Shown: one piece after another, positions 36,385-47,607 of the stretch
Layout: every line of letters starts with the position of its first letter
Numbering within the stretch: the first letter of the stretch is position 1
DNA from: Takakia lepidozioides
Taxonomy: Eukaryota > Plantae > Bryophyta
DNA length: 64,000 nt
Direction of reading: 5' to 3'
Assembly (NCBI GenBank): GCA_030704615.1
Contig: CM060732.1
Location: forward strand, 51,150,001-51,214,000
Translations under genes and position numbers: made by a program
The notes under the pieces: generated by a model
Told to the model about the DNA's origin: nothing
The model's input: the letters and a program-made list of their open reading frames with translations, nothing else
Databases searched by the model: none

Positions 36385-36790
36385 ATTGTTGGCCATAGCC
36401 TTGTGGTCAAGGACCTTGTGCCAGTTTGGGCAGAGAAGAGAGAGACGGAATTAGTAGTGTTGTTCCCTGCAAACGTTGGCTGCCCATAGCCTCACAGCTG
36501 CAATTAAGAGAGAGAGAGAATGTACTCATGAGACTTTGTTTGCCGTACCCTTGTTGCCACAGACCCTTTTGTGAGCAGACTCACTCCAGTAGTGGCTTAC
36601 CTTCACATAAGGAATTAGTTAGGGCTTTCCAGATTTGGAGTTTTTCTATGCGTCCTTCTGAAACGAACATTCACAGACATTGTTTGCCACAGCCTTGTGG
36701 GAGGGCCCAGTGCCAGCTTGGGCAGAAGAGATAGAGAGATAATATACTCGTGTCGTACCCTGCAAACATTGGCTTGCCATACCCTTACAG
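36385..36790 (-). mobile_element. Array of five stacked LINE 3' ends (families B-A-A-B-A on the minus strand) joined mostly through (TC)n tails
   Basis: Family A ends at 36385-36432, 36507-36640 (includes ORF2-end homology to 42151-42195) and 36680-36727. Family B ends (CCTGCAAAC.TTGG..CCATA.CCT.ACAG on +) at 36465-36497 and 36757-36790. GA-rich tracts lie at the junctions. Confidence 0.7.
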
Positions 36791-37818
36791 TCATCAACCC
36801 CGCAAGAAAGTAACCCTCCTGGACTCTGGAGCCTTTTACGAGGTTCACACCACTGGATTACTCTAGTGGCTGTGACTGGGTATGGCCTCCAAAAGCATCA
36901 ACATGTGAGTAGGCACAGATGGGGTCTACTTACCCAACCACGGTTGTACAAAATTCTTTGCCTAAGACAAGTGTAGACGAAGTTGTCTGGATGGAAGCAG
37001 AAGGCAGAGGACGGACGTGAAGGAAGCACTGTTTGTTTGTGCAGGCTGAATCTGGCTACTCACCTGTTTGCAGTCTCTCACAGGCGCAGGGATGGCAGTG
37101 CGATCCGCAGCTATGTTGCGCCGGGAGGTGGAGGCCATACGCAAGGCCTTGTGTTGTCCTTGTGGTGAACCGGCGGAAGTCCTCACAGCATGCAGAAAAC
37201 TAAGCGGCCAGTCTGTGGAGTGGAAATGGGAATCCATTGTGGCAATGCTGGATCAGAGGTCCTTGAAAGTCAGCTTTGGCAAAACTTCTTCGCAGATCCT
37301 TCACAGGGGTGGGACAACAGGTCTGCTAAGGTCAGGTTAGCTTCATTTGAATTGGCTTGTTAAGGAGGACCTGTGGCTGAAGCTGACATGATGATGTTTG
37401 TGCTCTTGATTGTATCTCCAGTTGCTGAGAAAACATATTCTTCTTTGTCTCTGGGACGTGACAGTAGGTTGCTCAAGGTTGTTTCCTGCTGGTTGGAAGA
37501 TGCTTGGTGGTTGTAGTGAAGTCTGTGCAAGTCTAGGGTTGAAGCCTCTCACTTTTGGCTTCTACAGAAAAGCCCAAGATCGCCAGACTTTAGACAAATG
37601 CACAAAGGAGGTCCTCTGGAGTGAGAGTTGGTCAAATCCTCCTTGGGAGAAAGCAGAGCTTGCCGCCCTAATGCAAAGTACAGCACAATCTGTTGATGTA
37701 TACAATGGAGCTCCTGGGCAAAAAGATAGCGGGTATTGCTCAAAGTGGCCCACTCAAACAGATAGAATGGGTAGAGTCTGTTCTCTAAGTACATGACTGC
37801 TGTAGTTTGTTTATTAAT

Positions 37819-40482
37819 ATGTACCAAGACACTTGTGCTCCTGTCAGATGTTTTCGGCAGTATCCAGGACCTTTTGGATAATACTTGGGTCCGAGTCCAA
37901 AGATCCTAACAATAGTCATGCAGCACGGCAGGGTTGAACCAGGGAGAAATGTTTTTTGGACATCAGACTGGCAGCACCTCCTCAATCACCACTGCTTCTG
38001 AACTAGAATCAAGAGAGGGTCTCGCAGTGAAATCTACGGGCACTTGTCAGGATGTGAGGACACTTTGTAAGGCAGGACAAATAAAAGAGGCACTGCACGT
38101 ATTGAACCAGCGAGGTCTTCAGGCAGACTACAGCACTTATGTCTGTCTCTTGAAGGAATGTATTAACATGAAAGGCCTCGCAGAGGGAAAGAAGGTGCAT
38201 GCCCACATAATGGAAAGTTGGTTCAAGCCAACCATGTTTCTCCTCAACACTCTTGTCAACATGTATGCCAAGTGTGGGAGCGTAATTGATGCACGCCAAG
38301 TGTTTGACCGAATGCCAGTACGAGATAAGTTTACTTGGAATATGATGATTGCAGGATATGCCAAGCATGGGAGTGGCAGGGAGGATTTGGAGATCTATGA
38401 GCAAATGCAGCGGGAAGGGGGGATGCCTGACAGGGTCACATTCACTTCTACTCTCAATGTGTGTGCTAGCATAGGAGCCCTGCAAAAGGGGAAAGACATC
38501 CATGCTGACATCATTAAAGCTGGACTTCCGCCAGATATCATTCTGGAAACTGCCCTTGCTGACATGTATGCCAAATGTGGTTGTGTGAATGAAGCACGTC
38601 AAGTGTTCGACAATATGGTTCAACAAGATATGGTAGCGTGGAATGCCATGATTGCAGAATATGCTCAGCATGGGTGTGGTAGGGAGGCTGTCAAGATCTA
38701 CGAGAAAATGCAACACCAAGGGGTGATGCCCAACAGGGTGACATTCATTTGCATTCTCAATGCGTGTGCCACTATAGGAGCCCTTGCAAAGGGCATAGAG
38801 GTCCATGCTGACATTGTCAAAGCGGGAATTGTGTCATGTATTAAGTTGGAGAATACCCTTGTTGACATGTACGCCGAATGCGGGAGCATGAAGGGTGCGC
38901 ATCAAGTTTTTGACAACATGGCTCAACGAGATGTGATCTCATGGAACACGATGGTTGCAGGATATGCCCAGCATGGGTGTGGTAGGAAGGCTTTGGATAC
39001 CTATGAGCAAATGCAGAATGAAGGTGTGCCGCCCGACAAGGTGACATTCGTTTGCATTTTCAATGCTTGTGCCAACATTGGAGCCCTAGAAAAGGGCAAA
39101 GAGGTCCATGCTTACATAAGCAAAAATGGAATTGTACCACCTTTTTTTGCTTCTCTCTCCGTGAAAACATCAACCTGGAGAATGCCCTTGTCGATATGTA
39201 TGCCAAATGTGGAAGCATAGAGGATGCCCTTCAAGTGTTCGACAATATAGCTCAACGAGATGTGGTCTCATGGAATGCGATGATCACAGGATATGCTCGG
39301 CATGGGTGTGGCAAGGAAGCTGTCCAGATTTATGGACAAATGGTAAGGGAAGGGGTGACACCTGACAGGGTTACGTTCATTTGCGTTCTCAATGCATGTG
39401 CCAGTGTGGGAGCCCTGGACAAGGCCAAAGAGGTTCATGCTGACATCAGCATAAGTGGAATTGCCCCATTCTAGAGACTGCCCTTGCTGATATGTATGCC
39501 AAATGCGGAAGCGTAGAGGATGCACGTCAGGTGTTCGACAAAATGGCTCAACGGAATGTGGTCTCATGGAACGCAATTATTGCAGGATATAGTGAGCATG
39601 GGTCTGGTAGGGAGGCCCTGAAACTGTTTGAGCAAATGAAACAGGAAGGCTTGGAGCCCGATGGTATCAGCTTTATTTCTGTTCTCTTTGCATGTAGCCA
39701 TGCAGGCCTAGAGGATGAAGGCTGCCACTACTTCGATTCCATGATCGAGGACCATGGCCTTACACCCACAGTAGAGCACTTTGGCTGCATGGTGGACCTG
39801 CTTGGCCGGGCAGGGCGATTGGATGAGGCAGAAGACCTCATTAACAGGATGCCATTTGTAGCAGGTGCTCCGGTGTGGGGAGCGTTGCTGGCTTCCTGCA
39901 GAACTCATGGCAATATGGAGGTAGCAGAACGTGCGGCAAAATCCCTCCTCAAATGGGAGCCACAGGATGCTGGGACTTACGTCTTGCTATCAAATATTTA
40001 TGCTGCAGCTGGCAGGTGGGACGATACAGCAAAGGTGAGACAAATGATGGAGGACAGAGGTGTGAGGAAGGAGCCAGGGTGCAGCTGCATTGAGGTTGAC
40101 AACCATGTGCATACATTCATCGTAGAAGATAACCTGCATCCACAAATTGGGGAAATCCATACTGAGCTCAAGAGATTGTCTGGGCTGATGAAGGAGGCCG
40201 GGTATGTGCCTGACACACACTTCGTATTGCATGATGTGGAGGAGCAGCAGAAGGAATTCTCTCTGTGCCACCATAGCAAAAAAGCTGGCCATTGCTTTTG
40301 GGCTCATCAGCACTCCTGATGGGATGCCCATCCACATCATCAAGAACCTTCGGATGTGTGGTGACTGCCACACTGCTACCAAGTTCATTTCAAAGATTGT
40401 TGAGCGGCGAATTGTTATACGGGATGCCAATCGCTTTCACCACTTCCAAGATGGGGCTTGTTCTTGTGGAGATTACTGGTAA
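37819..40482 (+). pseudogene. PLS-class PPR-E-DYW RNA-editing factor, disabled
   Basis: Tandem P-L-S repeats (MYAKCGS..A..VFD.M..RD..SWN.MI.GYA.HG), E1/E2, PG box (KEPGCSCIEV) and C-terminal CGDCH..CSCGDYW*. Lesions: 26-nt insertion at 39140-39165, ~7-nt deletion near 39467, and +1 frameshift with loss of Glu at HSEKLA (~40273-40290). The putative 5' end (ATG 37819) has a TAA and a further frameshift. Confidence 0.9.
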
Positions 40483-40503
40483 CCAAGCATCTGAGTCCAC
40501 GGG

Positions 40504-40596
40504 GAGAGAGAATGTACCCATAAGAGGTTGTTTGCTGTAGCCTTGTGGGCCATTGACCCCAGGTTCAGGTTGAGCAGAAGAGAGAGAGAGAGAGAG
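40504..40596 (-). mobile_element. Ultra-short (~70 nt) 3'-terminal LINE family A copy embedded in (TC)n
   Basis: Minus strand reads (CT)n-TCTGCTCAACCTGAACCTGGGGTCAATGGCCCACAAGGCTACAGCAAACAACCTCTTATGGGTACATT-(CT)n. Confidence 0.75.
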
Positions 40597-40639
40597 CTCA
40601 GCAAACAAATAGTTTGAGCATGCTCGGTTCAAAGCGGAA

Positions 40640-41602
40640 GACAAACCTCCACATTACCATGAATTCTGCAGGCACTAAGCAAGACCCCCCAAGCAGCAAA
40701 AGCTGCTTCAATTGGCATTTTGTGAACAAAGTCCTCTGCCTCATCCAATCACCCTGCACAGCCAAGAAGGTCAAACACACAGCCAAAATGCTCTACTGTA
40801 GGGGTGAGGCCATGGCCACAACTCATGGAATCAAAGTAGTGAATGCCTTCATGCACAAGGCCCACATGGCTACATGCAGAGAGAACACATGTAAAAGAGA
40901 TACTGTCTGGCTTCAAGCCCTCCTGTTGCATTTGTTGAAATAGTTGCAGAGCCTCCCTACCGCAACCATGCTGAGCCTGCTATCATTGCGTTCCATGAGA
41001 TGACATTCCGTTCATTCATATTGTCAAACACTTGGCGCATTGTTGGGTGCCACCCCTGCCTGTATCATTTCCACATAGATCTCCAAGGCCTCCCTACTAT
41101 GCCCATGTGTAGCATATCCTGCCATCATTATATTCCGCGTAAACACGTCTTGTTCAGGCATTTTATCAAACACTAGGCGTGCATCCACCACGCTACCGCA
41201 CTTTGCATACATATTGATGAGGGTATTGTATAGGAAAATGTTTGGGCTGGATCCACTTTGAATAATGTGAGCATGCACCTTGGTTCCCTCTACCAGGCGT
41301 TTCATCTTGATGCACTCCTTCAAGAAACATACATAAGTGTTGGCATCTGCCATAATGCATCTCTGGGCCAAAATTTGTAAGGCATCTTTCATTTTTCCTG
41401 CATTACAGTGTCCTGATATCCTCATAAGTGCCAGAAGAGAAATGGTCTCTCTTTCCTCGCCCTCTTCCAAATGTCGAAGTGCCTGATTGCAACAAATGCA
41501 CTGCTGCTTCCAGTTGACAATCTGCATGCACAGATTTCCTGTAGCTATCAGTCCACAGTGCCTAGTTGGTGTCCTTGTGCTTGAAATCTGGCCCTTTGCC
41601 AT
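40640..41602 (-). pseudogene. Second PLS-class PPR gene, internally deleted and truncated in the E domain
   Basis: YVCFLKEC..GTKVHAHI..NTLINMYAKCGSVVDARLVFDKM; deletion junction near 41042; FTCVLSACSHVGLVHEG..VEHFGCVFDLLGCAG* (TGA at 40749); WGVLLSACRIHGNVEV, after which homology stops. Confidence 0.88.
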
Positions 41603-41929
41603 TTATCTGCACCCACAGTCCATTCCTATGTCTATTAGTTTTTCATATACTAGATAACCCACCCCCACCTAATACATAAGCTAAATTGCTGTGCGACAAA
41701 TAAAATGTTCATGTATGTGTCACAGAGAATAAGAAAAGAAAGAAAGAAGCTTTATAATGTCCACAGGAAGCTCAAAGAGCTTATGGGACAAAAGAGAGCA
41801 GGATACAAGAAAGAAATTTGGACCCTTAACAAGCAGCCTGAGGGGCCCAAGCAACACAAGTAGAACAATAGAGAGAAAAGGAAAAGAGAAACTTTTAACA
41901 TCCACAGGGGACAACGAGAGCCCATGGGA

Positions 41930-43782
41930 CAAGAGAATGTAGTCATAAGACGTCGCTGGCCGTAGCCTTGTGGCCATAGAACCTGCCCCCAGTTTGGGCA
42001 GAACAAAGGGAACATACACAACCTGTGTGAGGGGCTCATCGCAGTAGTGGTTGTTTGCCGTAGCCTTGTGGCCATTGACCCCGCGCCCAGTTTGAGCGGG
42101 AACAAAAGGACAGAACCCTACCTCTGTCAGGGGCTGACGTTGGTAGTAAGACTTACCTTCATATATAGAATTAATCCGGGTTTTCCAGATATCCTCTAGA
42201 AATCCCTTCACACAAGCATCAATCTGCTGTGTGTGATAACCTAGGCCTCAGGAGGGCCTTTTGGCTCAGCCTCGAGACTTTCAAAGTTGGTAAACAGAGG
42301 TACAGGCACAATTCCCTTGATAGATTTGAAGAGAGCGTCTCTTTGGTGAGAGAACCCCGGACAGTGTATCAGAAAATGAATACTGTCTTCAGATTGCCCA
42401 CACAACGGGAAATTGCACTCTCCCTTTCCTCTCTGCTTCTGTTTGCTGTTCAAAGGTAGGCTTCCTGCCCTGAGTTTAAATTTCAGTCTAGTGCCGAGAG
42501 TGGGTAGACCCTTGAGGTCATCCAAGATGTCCTCCCCCATGTCACTGACTGGAAACAAGTTCAGGGAAGTTTTCTGCCTAACTTCATTTTCATCAGACAA
42601 TTTCATGGCAACAGACATGGCTTTGGACACTACAGCCTCTAAGTCAGATTTATCCAGCAGGGTCAAGACTTGCGGTTCCAGGTCCAGGTCCTTGAGAATC
42701 TCTTCTACTCTCTTCTGCCAGGACTTAGCCTGTTTGACAGGGCGGTCCTGTTTCCAAGATATAGAGTCGATTAACTTAGGATATCTGGTGTTGGACATAT
42801 GTTGCAGCTGACCCCACCATCTGACCTTGAATTCATCTCGTCGGGAGCTTAAGGACGGAATGCCAAACTCACCCCGAACAGCCACATTGGCTGTTTTGGA
42901 GCATGCTGACATACACTCCTTAAGCACCCCCACTTGAATGGATTCTAGAGACTTAGCCTGGTTGGAGTTATCAACCCATATTGCAGATCCGTACTCCAAG
43001 GCAGGTCTAATAACGCGACAAAGCATGGTTTTCTTAACCTCAGAGTTGACCCCTCTGCTATGGGCTATACAACTAAAACCAAGAACTCTGAAACCGGGCT
43101 GTCGAGTTTGCAAGCTTTGCCCTTGCCAGTTTGAACAACTTTCCGGATATGTGCATCCCAATTACAATTGGAGGAAAACTCAACGCCCAGGTAAGTGTAG
43201 GAAGGGAGGACCGGGATCTCTTGGCTACCCCACTGCCACTTAAGATCACTTCCTCCCTCTCCTCTGTCGTTGAATGCTACCACTGCACATTTGCTGACAT
43301 TAGCCTCTAGCCCCCAAAGATCAAAGTATCTCTTCGCGCAATCAATCAACTCCTGGAGATTGGTTGGAGTCTCCCCTATGCCTGCGAGCGTGATGCCACG
43401 GTAGTTCCCCGGTTCTTCTCTGTCACCCTTCTTGAATAGATTGACAATGACCCCCTGTCGCCAGCGAAAGGGGATAATTTCAGCCTTCCAGATAACGTTA
43501 AAGAGGAGAACTAGGGCCTCTATCATGGGATCGCCACCTGATAAGCTCGTTGACAATACCATCAGGTCCACCAGCTTTATATCCATTTAAATGTTCAATT
43601 GCTTCCACAATCTCAGAAGAACTAATGGGAGCGTTATAAGCCATTGAAATATACTCCAGTTCATCAGGGCTGTTTTGAATCATAGGAACAGTTTTTCCAA
43701 CTGTGTCCCTCCATTCAGCAGAAGACCCCTCACTGGTAGACCTAGAAGTTCTGCCAAGGATACTGTAGTGAGTGATGAACAA
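41930..43782 (-). mobile_element. 5'-truncated LINE (family A, RTE/RTE-X-like ORF2) with RT core deleted and duplicated 3' terminus
   Basis: KAGGPDG, WRQGVIVNLFKKGD..PGNYRGITL, YTYLGV, RPALEYGSAIW, C-terminal C..LC..EDSIHFLIHC, ending GRGVNGHKATA. Two terminal copies at 42050-42110 and 41930-42010. Confidence 0.85.
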
Positions 43783-44100
43783 TAGAGAGAGAGAGGATAT
43801 GTCCTCGCAAACCTTGGTTATGGCATACCCTTGCAGAACTTATTTCCACTCTGCGCTAAACCTCACCAGGCAGGTTTTGGATTTCACCCAATGTGGCATG
43901 GAAAGAATGCTAAAATCGTCATGCTACTGGCTCAGAGTCAATGAAACAATCCTTCTCAGGGTAATGTGTGTTGATGTAAGAGCCGGGCATCAACCTTACA
44001 CAAAGAAGCATGATGTTAGTATCGACATTGCCAGTTTACGCCTCCACCTCAGAGATGACACTGGTGGCACTGTCAGTTCCTGCTAAACTCCACAAAGATA
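43783..44100 (-). mobile_element. 3' end of LINE family B with (TC)n tail abutting the family A copy
   Basis: Minus strand CTGCAAGGGTATGCCATAACCAAGGTTTGCGAGGACATATCC(TC)6 matches 36757-36790 and 36465-36497. Upstream extent is approximate. Confidence 0.55.
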
Positions 44101-46039
44101 GGGAATGTAGTCAGTTACAATTTCTACACATCACCTCCAAGGCATAACCCCAGTGCGATTCCCCTCTCAAAGCCAGTTGAAGGTGTTCAAAACCACCAGC
44201 ACATGTCAGACAGCCCATATTTCAATTGCGCCTTGTACACAGCCAATGACAAGCCGGAATATGCAGGCATTGTCTTCATACTCCGCAGCCTGCTCCTATA
44301 TTGCAAGAGACTCGATAACTGACGTGCAGCCACAGGAAACTGAGTGCAGTTTTATGATCTGCAAACTAGAAAGCATGAGGTTGATCTCACACTGCACTCG
44401 TAGCCTCTTCCTTGGAACACATGAGGCACACGTGAACGCGCACAGCCATTCAGTGTCAAGGAGAATTGGCACGTCAAAAGTACAGATCCCAGTAATTCGG
44501 GAGTGTTTCTCACTGCACCTCGTTATTTGCTTCTGCTGTAACAGATATGCATTCACCTTATTATTGCCTCGACTTTCCTACGACTGTCTTGGGTTTGCGA
44601 AATTCCAAAGCTTATCCAAATTCGTGTTTGGGCCTTCTGGATTATCGCCCGCAAACCCCGTAGCAGTAACATGCCAAAACCACCAGTGGTCTGCTTCTTG
44701 TTATTCCCTTATGCGATCTACAAAGGAAGGAAGATGATGGGGGAAAACTTGGCGGAGAAAGGGGGCAAAAACTCACATTTATCACCTTATCTGATTCAGG
44801 ATGAACCAAGCCCAAAATTTGCTGAAGACGAAAGTCACCATACCTGAAACCTGTGAGGAGAAACGAAGGTGGTGCCTAAAGGACAGACGCCACCAAGGGA
44901 CAATCTCCCAGTTGCCAAACGATCCATCTCATGGAGGCAATTCATGCATCCTACCGGTCTGCATCCAAGTACCCAATCCAACATCTCCCCATGCAAGTTT
45001 CTTATATCTATCAATCCACAATCCCTCGTCGGCACTCCTGAGATCTAAATCTGTTCCTCCAGAATGCATCAGCAGCCCATACGTCATCCCTTCCTGCTCA
45101 TCTATCTCCGCCTCCACAACAACCATAAATCCTCCCTCTCACCGCAAAGAGGTATATTCAAACCTTACAACGGGATATCAAACCAGTTTAAATTATGCGC
45201 CCAACGTCTGTGACCGACTCCTGAATACATATCGCGACAATTGATGAGACCCACAACGGTACTCTTAGAGACAGTGACGGCATTGCTAATACTGAACTGT
45301 AGTCTAAACTCTAAACTCGGAACTTCGTGAACTGGATTTGTGCCTAATAACTGCATCGTGGTGGGCCATTCCTGCTATCCCTCAACTCGCTCTTTGTTTC
45401 CGCCATTACGGCCACGAAATGCTCGACTCAAAATTCTTGCGCATTTCATTTATCCGATCCACACTTTGATATCCGATCTCCTGAGCGAATTCTTGACTCG
45501 ATTTGAAGCAGAAGAAAATCGCAGCGGCATCATAAAATGTCAATCAGATTCTCGGAAGATTCCCACTCGGTTAGAATGATTCTGAGGCCCCACAACAACA
45601 ACAACAAAACAAACAAACTGAGTGAATGTTTTGATGATCGCACTGACCCCAAAATAATAGGTACAAAAATTCTGACTTGCGAGATTCTTGCAAATCTTCA
45701 ATTGCATTTCCCTCGCTGCAAATTCCCTCGGCTTTTCCGTTTTCTTTATCTTTTATCGTCTATTTTTCTGCTTTTAGAGAAAGGGGGAAGAAGCCACCCC
45801 CGAAATGGATCCGATCAAATCGAAAGGCAACGAAATGTAACGCAAAGTCAAAGAAAAGCAAGGCATAAAAAGGCGTGGATAAAACAAGCAGGCTTCAATT
45901 GTGCGGCAGCTCAGAAATGAATACGAGGAAGGGGGCCGAGGGACGAGGGGCTTTGTGATCGTCGTGGGAAAGTGGGTTTTGTTGGGATGGGGGGCGGTGT
46001 GTCTGGGGAGGGCAAAGGAGGGAAAAGAAGGAAAAGAAC

Positions 46040-46335
46040 AGCGCAAAGATGAGATTAGGGAAGGAGAAAGGCGGGGTCGTTTAGGATCGTCTCAAGATAG
46101 CGATAGTTGTGGCCTAACTTGTGAGATATCAAACCGTGGGCCAAGCAAAACTCCATAGCCTGTTTGTGAGGAGGTGTTAGTGGGAAAAACAACGCCAGCG
46201 ACTGGCATACATACCTCGCAGTCTGTTCCAGGGAGTGCCTGGACGGTGGACCTTCACCAAGCGAGTGACAACGGTCGGCTCGCACCTCTTTTCGCACCTC
46301 TTTTCGAACTTCTTTTCAAACTTTTGAATTCGATG
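46040..46335 (+). promoter_or_regulatory. Conserved upstream module of paralogue A (MSA core + CHR-like sites)
   Basis: CAACGGTC at 46269-46276; TTCGAA 46303, TTCAAA 46315, TTTGAA 46323. Blocks GATTAGGGA, CTCCATAGCC and AACAACGCCAGC are shared with the B and/or C upstream regions. Confidence 0.6.
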
Positions 46336-47607
46336 TCTTGCCGTCTCTCACGCAACGAGTGACTGCAGTGTGCCCATGCCATCACAGACCAACGCAGAGC
46401 TTGGACTTTGCCAGTGTTGAACTTTGGGTGGTTTTACTTCGGATAGGTACCTTGGTCTTCGTTGTATCCCTAATGCTTACTCTTCCCACACAGTCTTGCA
46501 ACTCAAATTGCGACTTTGCCTCTTCTATGCAGGTTCTGAACTCTGTTGTGCAGGTTGAGTCTGTTTCTTCTGCTCCCTCGTCTGGTTTTGGTCATTGGGT
46601 CATTGGGATAAGCTATTATTCCTGCAAGCGCTGTAATGTTGCTTCTTTGCTTGCTTCGGTTCTTTCTGTCTACCCTTCTTGGTTCCCCTATCGTGCCTTT
46701 GGTACCTTCTGCATTCGGTTGAGACTGTGGGTTCGCTTCCTCGGGTTTCCTCATTTTACGCTCCGCTGGTCTTTCTTGTCTTTCTTCTTGCAGGGGGCGC
46801 GCTGCTCCCTGTTTTAGTCCTTGCACTTCTTGAACACATTTATATTATACCGTCTCGCACCCTTCTCTTCTTATTCTCAGCTACTGTCTCATCAGCTTCA
46901 CTGTAGAGGTGTTCGGAAGGTTGTCTCGGGAAGGTTATCGCTGAAGGATATCGCCGGGTATTATAAATTTCACTCCATTCAATCCGTCTCGTATGCTGCT
47001 TGAGATCTTGAAACATATACATTGTGTAAACAGACAGAGAGCTTGCCTCTTCCTGCTGTTTGAAAGCGATCAACTTGAGCAGGCACATGAAGATACAGTG
47101 CCTAACGATGATGGACAGATAGCCTGTATGATATACACGTGTTTCTGACTGAGTGCGGGAAAGTTAAAGTTGTTGACGATAAGCAGCAGAGATGAATACT
47201 CAGAAGCCATCTTTCCTTCAGCGGACATTCACACAGAGATAGGCACAGACACATCATGTCACCTTTCTCCTGGGCACTCCTATTTCACGATCACTGTTAG
47301 ACCCTAAGTAATTTTTGGTGCTATGTCTCTTCTATGAAGACTTTCTTGCTTGTCTAAATCGCATGGATTTACCTCTTTTCCCACTTTGGCCTGTAAGAAG
47401 TCAGAGCACCTTTCATAAGGATTGACTCACGGGCCTAACATTGTTAGTGGAGAAGTAGTATATCAGCTCAGGTGAGTAGCAGGAATATTGTATTTACAGT
47501 GCTTTTCAAGGTGTCAGCATTTGGTTGTTGGCACCACAGTGTGCATGGGTCTCATTGGGTTTGTGCCTTTTGGATAATCTCCTATTCTTTCTCAGGGTCA
47601 ATACTTG

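Noticed and set aside
38009-38806. 265-aa antisense ORF, and similar antisense ORFs over the HMG genes
   Set aside because: Shadow frames of the real sense-strand coding sequence.
44153-45560. ORFs of 60-194 aa on both strands
   Set aside because: No recognisable domain, and in-frame stops break the most protein-like frame.
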